Shown here: positions 55,434-64,000 of the stretch, piece after piece
Layout of the letters: every line of letters starts with the position of its first letter
Numbering within the stretch: position 1 is the stretch's first letter
Assembly (NCBI GenBank): GCA_009711825.1
Contig: VEMY01000008.1
Location: forward strand, 15,345-79,344
DNA: 64,000 bases
From: Bacillota bacterium
GTDB lineage: Bacteria > Bacillota > Proteinivoracia > UBA4975 > VEMY01
Direction of reading: 5' to 3'
The notes under the pieces: generated by a model
Seen by the model: only the letters and a program-made list of their open reading frames with translations
Database searches by the model: none
Told to the model about the DNA's origin: nothing
Translations under genes and position numbers: made by a program

Positions 55434-56744
55434 TTAATATGCTTCCGCGAAGAAGCGGCTGTGCCCCGACTGATTGCCGGAACAGTATAGCAATGTGGTG
55501 GTGGGAAATTCAATTGGGTCAAGAGCGTCAGGGAACCGCCCGCCGGCTTCTTTATCAAGACGAAGCTTAGGGCCCCCAACAACATTATCCATCCGGGGCA
55601 GCTGCACCGGCTTCTCAATGCTGGAGCCGCTGACAATTGCGTCGGCCTCAGGGACATCGTCAACCAGGAGTATTCCCTCGGTTCCATCAGCGCCGCCGAA
55701 TTCAAAGGTTACGGTGGAAGCCTTGATCCCAGCCTTCTCCGCCAGCTGGATTGTCAGCATGCCGTCGGTGGCAGCGTTGCCACCACCTTCCCAGGCCATG
55801 ACAAGTCCGTCGGCCTTGAGCATCCGGGCCAGCTTCACACAGACCCCGGCGCAACGCACCTTATGCCAATGGGTGGGGTTGTGGCTGCGGGAGAAAATGA
55901 CGCCCTTGAAGTTCAAATCCTTGCCGTGACGGCGGTAGAGGTCCAACAGAATCGGGTGATTCACATGTAGATAGGTGGGAACCTTAAAGGCTGGCCACAC
56001 ATAGTTTCCGCTGACAACGCAGCCGTCCAGCATCTCATTTGGATGAAGAACCGTCGGCACCAGCTCCTCCACATCCTTGCCATAGAGGAATGTGTTGGCG
56101 TAGACACCTTGGTTCTGCACCTGCCAGACCAAAACCACGTTGGGAAGATCTGGATTTGTCTCTTCGATGGAGAACAATTCCTCGTCATCTGCTTCACCCT
56201 GAGCTGCCTTAGCAGCCAGGTATTCGGCTACTTTTAAGCTGGAGAGCCGGATATCCCGGTCATACTCTTCAGCAGATTTGCCGGGTTTCAGCTCATAGGT
56301 CATTACCAGATTCACAGTCTCCGAAAAGGGAGTGATCCCCTTGTACGGTCCTGTCATATCCATGATTGCTTCCCGGGGATACAAGAGGCCGCTGCTGGCA
56401 CTGGCGCTGTCCCAGGGCAAGGGCGCCGACTGCATGACGGTAAAACCGTCTAAAACAGCGGTAGTGCCTTCGCCTATCATCTCCGGCGAGCCGAAGAATC
56501 CGGAATATGGCACGCCGCGGCCGTCAAGCCTGGCCATAGGCTGCAATGTATCCAAAAGGTGAATTATCCGCGTGGACTCGCCCGGGTGGACCAAATGGAA
56601 CTCAATTCTTTCGATATTTTCGGTCTGTTCGGCGGCCAGTCGCTCAATCTCTTCTTTATTTATGGTCAGCTTGCCCGATTCCAGGGCTGTTTGAGCGCCC
56701 CAGGCGGCAGACTGAACCCGATAGTATTTTCTGGTCAGTTCCAT
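55434..56744 (-). CDS. grdE: glycine/sarcosine/betaine reductase component B proprotein subunit (GrdE/GrdG/GrdI family)
   Basis: 436 aa; Gly_reductase family architecture, positioned 3' of the selenoprotein B gene. Confidence 0.7.
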   Translation of the reverse strand: MELTRKYYRVQSAAWGAQTALESGKLTINKEEIERLAAEQTENIERIEFHLVHPGESTRIIHLLDTLQPMARLDGRGVPYSGFFGSPEMIGEGTTAVLDGFTVMQSAPLPWDSASASSGLLYPREAIMDMTGPYKGITPFSETVNLVMTYELKPGKSAEEYDRDIRLSSLKVAEYLAAKAAQGEADDEELFSIEETNPDLPNVVLVWQVQNQGVYANTFLYGKDVEELVPTVLHPNEMLDGCVVSGNYVWPAFKVPTYLHVNHPILLDLYRRHGKDLNFKGVIFSRSHNPTHWHKVRCAGVCVKLARMLKADGLVMAWEGGGNAATDGMLTIQLAEKAGIKASTVTFEFGGADGTEGILLVDDVPEADAIVSGSSIEKPVQLPRMDNVVGGPKLRLDKEAGGRFPDALDPIEFPTTTLLYCSGNQSGHSRFFAEAY

Positions 56745-58081
56745 TATCTTTCCTCCTTTTCCAACCGGACATGAAACAGTGTCGGCTCTTCTACCGGTGT
56801 TTGCAATGCCTCCACAGCCTTCAGGAGCATTTGCTTCTGGAACTCTTTCTCCCGGTCAGCCGGTAGTTCCGGCGCTCCTGCCGGCGATGTGAACTGGTTG
56901 CCGGCAATGACCCGGTTGGCCCCTACCGACAGGGCAATGGATGTAAAGGCGGTGATCAGGACAGCAGAGATGCCCACACGTTCGAGTTCCTTGGTAATCG
57001 TTGCACCGCAACGAGTACAAGTACCTCACGTGGAAGTAAGAATCGCTGCCGGCACACCCGCTTCCAGAAGCTCAGCGGCGATTTGCGCGCCTAATCCTTC
57101 ACTGGTCTTAATGTTGGTGCCAACACCAGCGGTCGAGTAGAACTTGGGATAAACGCGGCCAATCTTCCCTTCCTGCTCCAAAGCGCGCAGGGGGCTATAA
57201 GGCACTACCCGGGACGGGTCTTCATTAACCAAAGTAGTGTCGAAACCACCGTGGATAGACTCATACTCGCCGGCAGCTAACTCTTCCAGTCCTTCCAGGC
57301 TGTAGCTGCCGTAGCTGGTGGAGAAGGCCTGCTTTAACCCATCCGGGTTGCCGGTGGGCACCAAAGCGCCGGTTGTAATCAGGGCAAATGTTTTGGTTTC
57401 AGGCTGCTCAAGAACCGGTGCTGGTGGCACCTGCTCAAAGCCGCGCAGCGGCACTTCGGTCTCATATTCTTCGCCCCGCAATTTCTTAAGCAACAGTTCC
57501 ACAGTCCGTTGGGCTGCAGTCTTTTCATGCCATTCGTTGTAGCGATAGCCCCGGGGGAAGTAACCTTCCAGACGGGCGGGCCCAACTTCCTCTCCCTTTG
57601 CCAGCTTGAGGGCAAATGCGGCCAGCGGTGGCAGGGCCTTACGCATACCGGCTGCTGTTTCCGGTGTGCGGATGATATAGTTATCAGATACAAACATTGG
57701 CACCGCCGGGTTCTCCCAATACATGGCGGTTACTGCGGGAATCCCAAACTCCCGACGCACAAAATCTACGAACTTGCCGCAGGCAACACCGTAGCGCCCA
57801 GCGTTGAAGGCGGGCCCGGCAATCACTACGTCAGGCTTGACCTCCTGAATAATTTCCCGCAGGCGAGGCAATAATCCCTCGAATTTGTCATCATCATTAA
57901 AATAGTTGTCACCGCAGGCAATGGTTTTTACCACTTCCATCTCATCCTGCCAAAACTTATCCATACCGAGAGCCGGCCCCAGCTTTTGGTCGTATTCCTG
58001 TAACCCAATATCTGCTTTGTCTTCGCCGCCAATTCCGGCGTAAAACTGATTGATGTAGTACAAGGCTCTTTTCTTAGACAT
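56744..58081 (-). CDS. grdB: glycine/sarcosine/betaine reductase component B selenoprotein (GrdB/GrdF/GrdH family) with in-frame UGA at 57026-57028
   Basis: The 351 aa ORF ending AAILTST is followed, in the same frame, by TGA and a 94 aa continuation (GTCTRCGATITKELERVGISAVLITAF...) that is the ORF-track 56744-56977 entry. U-x-x-C-x-x-C context; total about 445 aa, typical for GrdB. Confidence 0.8.
56999..57013 (-). ncRNA. SECIS-like hairpin 12 nt downstream of the grdB-like UGA
   Basis: Minus-strand CGTTGC-GGT-GCAACG (6-bp stem, GGU loop) at the spacing expected for a bacterial SECIS. Confidence 0.5.
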
Positions 58082-58099
58082 TGACTGACCTCCTTTAAT

Positions 58100-58387
58100 C
58101 TAGCCGCCGGCCATCGGCGGCAGAAATTTCACGTAATCTCCGTCCTGCAGGGAGGTGGCCAGCTGCTTGGAACCAAGAATATTATTGGCGCCCACCCAGA
58201 TCAGGGCCTGCAGCTGGTCGTTTGTCGCAGCCTCCCGGGCCACTTCCCGGTCAAACCGTTCCCCCAGCTGTTCTCCCAACTGCGCCAGCAGCTCGGCAAC
58301 AGTGCTGCCCTCAGGCAAGGTCACCGTAAGTTCCGGTGCCGGCGCATATTCCTGAAAGAAGGAGAAAAAGCGAACCTTTATTTCCAA
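58100..58387 (-). CDS. MoaD/ThiS family ubiquitin-like sulfur-carrier protein
   Basis: 95 aa ending in ...PPMAGG (C-terminal Gly-Gly). Confidence 0.7.
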   Translation of the reverse strand: MEIKVRFFSFFQEYAPAPELTVTLPEGSTVAELLAQLGEQLGERFDREVAREAATNDQLQALIWVGANNILGSKQLATSLQDGDYVKFLPPMAGG

Positions 58388-60201
58388 GGGAGTTCTACTC
58401 CCAGGCGCTCACAGGTTTCAGCAGTGGGCACGCCATCTGTATCCCAACCCCGGACCTGGTAATATTCCTGCAGCATGTTGATAAATGCTTGCCGGTCAAG
58501 GGCCTTTTCCTCGCCTTCAACTTCAATTGGCTCAAAGCAGCGTTCTGGCAGCATATCCTGGTCACCGGTGAGGCCCGAAGCCAGGTTGTACATACGCTCC
58601 AGATTCCAAATCCGCTCACCAATCAGGCGGAACTCTTCGAGATCCTTGTTCATACCGGTGGCCGCGTTCAGCAGTTCCACAAATAGGGTATGGGGCAGCT
58701 CGAAATCCGCGAACCGACAGCTAACCAATGTGAACAGAGCATTGACGATATCCTGTATTTCCCGAACAACCTTGGCCTTACCCTCGGTAGATTCCATGGG
58801 TATTTCACCCATCAACTCCATACCGATTGGCCCACGCTTATGGCAGGCGCCCCGGTTGGAGGTGGCAAAGGTGAGGGCAATCCCGGCCATGCGCTGGGGC
58901 ATCCAGGCGGCAAACTCCATCCCCTTAGAGTTCATGGCAAAGTCAGCACTCCCCTGGCCAATCCGCTGAGCCATCAGCCGGGTGCCGTCAGCCAGCATAT
59001 CGCCGACGCCTTCCCGTCTAGCCATCAGTTCCAGGGCTTTGAGGATTGCTTCACCGTTGCCAAACTCTAAGTCAAAGCCCACTTCCTCGGGCTTAAGTAG
59101 ACCGCGCTCAAAGCATTCCATGGCAAAGGCAATCGTGCAACCAGCAGAAAGGGTATCCATACCGTATTCCTCACACAATTCATGGGCCCGGGCCAGAACC
59201 ATCGGATTATCGTTGAAACAATCGGAGCCCAGGGAATACATGGTTTCATACTCGGGTCCCCGGGTAAACAGACCATCCTTTTCGCCTTCGAAGGCGTGGA
59301 GCTGTCCACAATGAACCGGGCAACCAAAGCAGGCAATCCGACGGGAGCGGGCCAGCTTATGGTAGGCCGAGCTATCAATCTTATCGCCGGTGGCGAAGTG
59401 TGCATATTTGTGGTTCTTGGTCGCAAGAGCGTAGCGCTCGTTAATCAGACTCATGCCGCCGCCGGTGCCGTAACGGGAGAACACACCCAGAAGGTTGAAC
59501 TGGTTCTCGGTGGCCTGCTTAAACTTAGCGAAGGCCTCGTCTACTTTGGCGCCGAAGGTCTCGGGATCATTGACTTTGACACCGAGATTACCTTTAAATG
59601 CAACCCCTTTAAGATTCTTGCTGCCCATGACAGCACCAGAACCGCCGCGGCCAAAGACCCGGGTCGAAGCGATAATCGCGGCAAAGCGCACCTGGCTTTC
59701 ACCCGCGAGACCGATGGCTGCAGTGCCACATTCCTCCCCTTCCTGGTCGCGCATGTGGTCCTCCACGGCATTTACACCCTTGCCCTGGAGCTCGGGGCAT
59801 TCCACAAACTTTACACCCACCGGTGTTATCAGGACATAAGATAAATTCTCGCAGGCGCCTTCAAAGATCACCAAATCAAACCCTGTGCCCTTAATCTTCT
59901 GAGCAAAATTGCCGCCACAGTAACAATTGATGACGCCGCCGGTTAAGGGAGATTTGGTAACAAGGGCTGCCTGGGCAAACAGAGGAGCGCCAGTGCCGGA
60001 TAGCGGCCCGGTGGTGAAAATCAGCTTGTTCTCCGCTTCCAGGGGATCGACTTTGGGGTCCACCTCCTGGGTTAGATACCAGACCCCGGTGCCCATGCCA
60101 CCTACGTAATTCTCCAACACAGCCGTGGGAATCTCCTCTATCTGCCAGGACTTGTCCGTGAGGTTTACCCGCAAAAGTTTGCGATTATAGGCTTCGTACA
60201 T
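58378..60201 (-). CDS. aor: tungsten-containing aldehyde:ferredoxin oxidoreductase (AOR family)
   Basis: Start ATG 60199-60201 (MYEAYNRKLLRVNLTDK...); AOR N-terminal domain plus conserved Cys ligands for the [4Fe-4S] cluster; about 607 aa. Confidence 0.85.
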   Translation of the reverse strand: MYEAYNRKLLRVNLTDKSWQIEEIPTAVLENYVGGMGTGVWYLTQEVDPKVDPLEAENKLIFTTGPLSGTGAPLFAQAALVTKSPLTGGVINCYCGGNFAQKIKGTGFDLVIFEGACENLSYVLITPVGVKFVECPELQGKGVNAVEDHMRDQEGEECGTAAIGLAGESQVRFAAIIASTRVFGRGGSGAVMGSKNLKGVAFKGNLGVKVNDPETFGAKVDEAFAKFKQATENQFNLLGVFSRYGTGGGMSLINERYALATKNHKYAHFATGDKIDSSAYHKLARSRRIACFGCPVHCGQLHAFEGEKDGLFTRGPEYETMYSLGSDCFNDNPMVLARAHELCEEYGMDTLSAGCTIAFAMECFERGLLKPEEVGFDLEFGNGEAILKALELMARREGVGDMLADGTRLMAQRIGQGSADFAMNSKGMEFAAWMPQRMAGIALTFATSNRGACHKRGPIGMELMGEIPMESTEGKAKVVREIQDIVNALFTLVSCRFADFELPHTLFVELLNAATGMNKDLEEFRLIGERIWNLERMYNLASGLTGDQDMLPERCFEPIEVEGEEKALDRQAFINMLQEYYQVRGWDTDGVPTAETCERLGVELPWK

Positions 60202-60596
60202 TACTTGCTCCTCCTTTCCCGGGAAATTGCGCCGGTAGAGCACACCTTGGTGCAGTGATACTCTCCGTTGCAGGTGTCGCAGATGTGAATCTTTCCTTCA
60301 AAAGTCAGGACAGCATCAAATGGACAGGCCTCCACACAGAGCCCACATTCCGTGCACAAATCGTAGTCCACGGCGATAACTCCGTCCTCAGCCTGGGTCA
60401 AAGCGGTTACCGGACATACTTCCACGCAGGCCGGCTTTTTGCACTGACGGCAGTTCTTAAGCTCCGGTAAACGGGGCCATTTGCCATCGATACCTAGGCG
60501 CGCCTTTGCCGGATTATATTCTTTTTCCTTGACAAAGGAGCACTTCAAGCGACAAGCGTAACATTCGGTACACTCCTGAGCAGTAAAATACAGCAC
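60201..60596 (-). CDS. 4Fe-4S dicluster ferredoxin-domain protein (multiple CxxCxxCxxxCP motifs)
   Basis: Start assigned to GTG 60594-60596 (RBS AAGGAGG 8 nt upstream); CTECYAC, CRQCKKPACVEVCP, CTECGLCVEACP motifs; the stop overlaps the AOR start. Confidence 0.7.
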   Translation of the reverse strand: MLYFTAQECTECYACRLKCSFVKEKEYNPAKARLGIDGKWPRLPELKNCRQCKKPACVEVCPVTALTQAEDGVIAVDYDLCTECGLCVEACPFDAVLTFEGKIHICDTCNGEYHCTKVCSTGAISRERRSK

Positions 60597-60618
60597 ATCT
60601 CTCGCCTCCTTATTAGAC

Positions 60619-60632
60619 TGAACAATTGTCCA
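60619..60632. promoter_or_regulatory. palindromic operator TGAACAATTGTCCA with downstream TGTTCAG half site (60640-60646), immediately upstream of the ferredoxin-AOR operon RBS
   Basis: Same architecture as the sites at 54799 and 62347. Confidence 0.55.
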
Positions 60633-60820
60633 AAACTTTTGTTCAGTATTACCATTCGCTCTGTCCTTCGCGAATTCCTGCCCAAGAACCAAAAAAATTT
60701 TTTATATCTGTAGCAATAAAACTGGGAGGGCAGTGCCCTCCCAATTCAGATTAAGCAATAGCAGCGACCGAGGGCGTGTATATAAAGCACGCAGGTGGTC
60801 GACTAAATAACCACTACGAA

Positions 60821-62221
60821 TTAATCGTCCAGGGTGACTCCGTGCAACTCGGCAATAATACGTGCCACATCAGTGTTGTCCAGCAGGCCTCCAAAGGACT
60901 CCGCTCCAGGGCCATAGGCATATAACGGCACTGGATTAGCAGTGTGTCCTTCGGTGGGACAGATGTCGCGGATCGGGCCGTAAATTACGCCGGCATTGGC
61001 ACGCTTTGCGACAATATCTCCCAGGCGGCCACCAGAGAGGAAGGTGGGCAGCTCCGAGACTTCTTGCAGATATTCTATTTCATCATCGGTAAGGTCGCTG
61101 ATACCAGTGTAAGTGTCGATAACTTCACGCAGACTTTCGACGACAAAATTATTGTCTTCATCTTTGTCAATTTGAGCCATGATGAATGGCGGTGAAGCGT
61201 TTACACCTTCGATGAGCTCAAAGTCCAACGGACCGGTTACGGCAAAGCCATAAGTGTCATGGTCGGCTGTAATAATAACCAGGGTGTCATCACGCTCCCG
61301 AGCAAAGTCCAAAGCGGCTTTTGCGGCAGCGTCAAAGTCTTTCATTTCAGCGATGACACCAGGGACGTCAGCGGCATGGGCCGCATGGTCAATTCTTGAC
61401 CCTTCAACCATCAGGAAAAATCCGTTTTCATTCTGGCTCAGGAATTCAATCCCCTTGCTGGTCATCTCAGCCAGAGAAGGCTCATTGGTGTTGAGCAGCG
61501 CTTGGTCCAGCTGATAGTTCAGGTGCCCGGTGTTGAACAGTCCCAGGAGTTTTTCGCCGCTAGCCGCAGCCAGTTCATCACGGTCCGCTACATAGGTATA
61601 ACCTTGCTCAATTGCCTCCTCCACCAGGTTGCGACCATCGGTGCGACGCCCGCCTTCTTCACCTTCAGGCAAAAAGCGATCACGGCCACCGCCCAGCAAT
61701 ACATCAAGGCCGGTTTCAAAGACCTGAGTGGCTATCTCTTCGGAAGCGGCCCTGCTATCAACATGAGCAGCGAAACCGGCAGGAGTAGCGTCGTAAACTG
61801 TATTAGAAACTACAATACCAGAAGCCTTGCCAGCTTCCATAGCGGCCTGGGCCAGCGACTTTACTGGCGTTCCGTCTGGTTTTACACCCAGCATGCCGTT
61901 GTTTGTCTTATGACCGGTGGCAAGCGCAGTGGCCGCAGCAGCTGAATCGGTAACATGGAAGTCAGCGGAAGCGGTCAGCACCAAACTTGTTACAGGCACC
62001 TGCTCCATGTGCAGCAATTCACCCGGTTCAGCATTAAAAAGCCGGGCAAACTCAACATGGCCCACGCCCATGCCATCGCCAATAAGCAGAATCACGTTCT
62101 TGACTTCTCCTTCTCCGCCGCTTTCATCGCCGCCGCTGTCAACGTCGATCGGTTCCAGCTCGGCGCAGCCAACTGCGGCGACCATCATCAGCGCCAGAAG
62201 TAACACTAAAAACTTCTTCAT
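60821..62221 (-). CDS. phoA: alkaline phosphatase (PhoA family) lipoprotein
   Basis: 466 aa; lipobox VGC; DGMG, active-site Ser region (TDSAAAATALATG), metal-ligand motifs. Confidence 0.85.
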   Translation of the reverse strand: MKKFLVLLLALMMVAAVGCAELEPIDVDSGGDESGGEGEVKNVILLIGDGMGVGHVEFARLFNAEPGELLHMEQVPVTSLVLTASADFHVTDSAAAATALATGHKTNNGMLGVKPDGTPVKSLAQAAMEAGKASGIVVSNTVYDATPAGFAAHVDSRAASEEIATQVFETGLDVLLGGGRDRFLPEGEEGGRRTDGRNLVEEAIEQGYTYVADRDELAAASGEKLLGLFNTGHLNYQLDQALLNTNEPSLAEMTSKGIEFLSQNENGFFLMVEGSRIDHAAHAADVPGVIAEMKDFDAAAKAALDFARERDDTLVIITADHDTYGFAVTGPLDFELIEGVNASPPFIMAQIDKDEDNNFVVESLREVIDTYTGISDLTDDEIEYLQEVSELPTFLSGGRLGDIVAKRANAGVIYGPIRDICPTEGHTANPVPLYAYGPGAESFGGLLDNTDVARIIAELHGVTLDD

Positions 62222-62346
62222 TAGAAATCTCTCCCTCTTATATCATACTTGTGCCGATTAAAATGACCTGTTTCAGTGCAACAAAAACCACAAGTACTCC
62301 CAGGGTAAAATCGTAGACCTCAGCCGATATATCTCCCCCCTCATGT

Positions 62347-62360
62347 TGAACAATTGTTCA
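62347..62360. promoter_or_regulatory. perfect palindrome TGAACAATTGTTCA plus TGTTCAA half site (62367-62374), about 125 nt upstream of the alkaline phosphatase start
   Basis: Third copy of the TGAACAAnTGTTCA operator-like motif. Confidence 0.55.
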
Positions 62361-62542
62361 TGACCAATGTTCAATTCAAGTATTCTTCCCCTGGAAGCAA
62401 AATTCCTGCCTGTAGACGGAACTTTTTCCCGATTTTTGTTTAACGAAGTAAAATCGCTTTGAAGCAGATCCCGTTTTTCCAGCCCGACAGATCGTCGAAC
62501 CAGAATAAAAAGACGGCAGGCTCCATGCCTACCGTTTCCTAT

Positions 62543-62857
62543 TTAGCCCAGCTGCTCCTTGAGCGTTGTTTCCACATCTTCTATCGTAAAGTCCTTGCTC
62601 AGTTCCGCCACCTTTTCGCCATCCTTGTAAATCAAAATGGTGGGCAGCCCCAGCACCTTCTGGCCGATGGCCAGGCGGCGGTTCTCCAAAATGTTTACCT
62701 TGCCAAATTTAACCCCCTTATATTTCCCGGCCAATTCGGTAACATGAGGCATTAGCTCCATACAAGGTTCACATTTGGGACTCCAGAAATCCACCAATAC
62801 CAAACCCTGACTGTTCAGCACCTGCTCTTCAAAATTCTCTTTGTTCAGTTCCAACAT
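62543..62857 (-). CDS. trxA: thioredoxin with non-canonical CEPC active site (grd-associated thioredoxin type)
   Basis: 104 aa; LVDFWSPKCEPCMELMP in place of WCGPC. Confidence 0.8.
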   Translation of the reverse strand: MLELNKENFEEQVLNSQGLVLVDFWSPKCEPCMELMPHVTELAGKYKGVKFGKVNILENRRLAIGQKVLGLPTILIYKDGEKVAELSKDFTIEDVETTLKEQLG

Positions 62858-62860
62858 ATG

Positions 62861-64000
62861 CTACACTCCCTTATATTCTTTAATTAGTGCGGCCAAAGCT
62901 TGCTCGCTCAACTGGCCGCTGGTCCGGGCCACCGGCTGACCGCCAGCAAAGAGGACCACCGTTGGCAACTCAGATATCTCATAACGACGGGAAATCCGCT
63001 GGTTGCGGTACGTATCTATCTTTACCAACTGTAGTTCTTCACTGTGCTTGGCGACAAAATCCTCCACTGCAGGCACCTGCTCCAAACTGGCCTGGTGCAT
63101 CGGGCTCCAAAACAACACTGCCACCGGCTTGGCCTGATTCAACACCTCTGCCTGGAAATTGGCTTCCTCATGAATATATTTCTCGGCAGCAACTGCGGCA
63201 ACAGCGCCATCAGCAGCGGCAGTCACAACCTGGCGCAAAAACTTAGTGCGCACATCGCCTACAGCGTAAACACCGTCCACAGAAGTCTCCATCATTTCAT
63301 TGGCGACTATATACCTCTGTTCATTAAGCTCAACAATCCCATCAAGGAATCCGGTCCGGGGCAGAGTGCCGACAAACATAAATACGCCGTTGGCTTCCAA
63401 ATCCCAGGTCTCACCGTTCTTCAGATTCTTTACGGTCACGGACTCAACAATCCCGTCGCCATTGATTGATTCCAGCACTGAATTCCAGACAAATTCAATC
63501 TTGGGATTCTTGAACGCCCGCTCTTGAATAACCTTGGTGGCATCCAACACGCCCTCATCATGGATTACGATGATACTGACTTTGGCGGCGAACCGGGTCA
63601 GATACATTGCCTCCTCGATGGCAGCATCGCCATTGCCGACAACGACTACATCCAGATCCTCATAAAAGTCGGCATCACAAGTCGCACAGTAGGACACACC
63701 TTTGCCCTTAAGCTCGCTTTCGCCGGGTAGTCCCAGCTGACGTGGCTCAGCGCCGGTGGCGATGATTACGGCATTGGCGACATACTCGCCTTTTTTGGTC
63801 TTTACAAGCTTTTCAAAGCCGGAAAAATCCACGCTCATAACCTCATCCTTGACAAACTGACAGCCAAAGTGACTGGCATGCTTATGCATTTCCGCTGTCA
63901 ATTCCGGCCCGGTGGTGCCATCAAAGAAGCCAGGATAGTTCTCCATCTCCTCGGTGGTGGCCGCCTGACCGCCAGGGGCACCCTTTTCGATGATTAAAGT
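62861..64000 (-). CDS. trxB: thioredoxin reductase (partial; N-terminus beyond window) with C-terminal thioredoxin-fold extension lacking CxxC
   Basis: CATCDADFY redox centre, NADPH-binding GNGDAAIEEA; C-terminal about 110 aa Trx-like domain with WSPMHQ in place of WCGPC. Confidence 0.8.
   Translation of the reverse strand, partial: TLIIEKGAPGGQAATTEEMENYPGFFDGTTGPELTAEMHKHASHFGCQFVKDEVMSVDFSGFEKLVKTKKGEYVANAVIIATGAEPRQLGLPGESELKGKGVSYCATCDADFYEDLDVVVVGNGDAAIEEAMYLTRFAAKVSIIVIHDEGVLDATKVIQERAFKNPKIEFVWNSVLESINGDGIVESVTVKNLKNGETWDLEANGVFMFVGTLPRTGFLDGIVELNEQRYIVANEMMETSVDGVYAVGDVRTKFLRQVVTAAADGAVAAVAAEKYIHEEANFQAEVLNQAKPVAVLFWSPMHQASLEQVPAVEDFVAKHSEELQLVKIDTYRNQRISRRYEISELPTVVLFAGGQPVARTSGQLSEQALAALIKEYKGV

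Noticed and set aside
62222-62346. Expectation of canonical Pho boxes directly upstream of the alkaline phosphatase gene
   Set aside because: Only weak TTAATC/AAGTAT-like half matches were seen. Without a scoring matrix this is not supportable, so it is not reported as a feature.

Overview
This 64 kb window looks like chromosomal DNA from an anaerobic, probably spore-forming Firmicute (Clostridia-like) at roughly 52% GC. Almost every gene is on the minus strand and the arrangement is operon-dense.

Gene content recognised from the translations, in coordinate order:
- A partial glyQS with a T-box leader, followed by a YerC-like gene.
- Sugar-phosphate isomerase, an RsbW-like HATPase, DUF1576, an MFS transporter and ptsI.
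- Class I lysyl-tRNA synthetase and an ECF sigma/anti-sigma pair.
- Two tandem paralogous opuA glycine-betaine ABC operons.
- A complete phoPR-pstSCAB-phoU Pho cluster with Pho-box-like repeats.
- PAP2, mgsA, degV, an RND efflux pump carrying a large acidic insertion, and cell-envelope genes (dacA-like, lgt, ComEC-like MBL hydrolase with DUF3006).
- A lactate-utilisation cluster (GntR regulator, EtfB, EtfA with ferredoxin domain, FAD-linked LDH) with two TGGTCTGACCA operators.
- A MarR/permease/DUF2249 locus.
- A BadF-type activase with two HGD-D-like genes.
- A SorC-regulated aldolase, Zn-ADH and mannose-family PTS cluster.
- A glycine/sarcosine/betaine-reductase-type selenoprotein cluster: grdA and a grdB-like gene each with an in-frame UGA, a grdE-like gene, then MoaD, tungsten AOR, ferredoxin, alkaline phosphatase, trxA and a partial trxB.

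The most unusual features are these:
- A dense family of at least 12 copies of a 31-33 nt palindromic REP/MITE-like element, TGCCCA-N-ACCTCCGTCCCC-N-TGGGCA. Its loop is the anti-Shine-Dalgarno sequence, and it is concentrated between 35.5 and 45.8 kb.
- Two ~120 bp composite copies of that element that carry a bidirectional terminator. One sits exactly where an ABC ATPase gene is truncated.
- A conserved TGAACAAnTGTTCA operator (GAAC-N4-GTTC, Cheo-box-like) found three times, directly in front of the PTS operon, the ferredoxin-AOR-grd operon and the alkaline phosphatase gene.
- A same-frame PTS IIC-IID fusion interrupted by an in-frame TAG.
- A selenoprotein cluster without grdCD inside the window.
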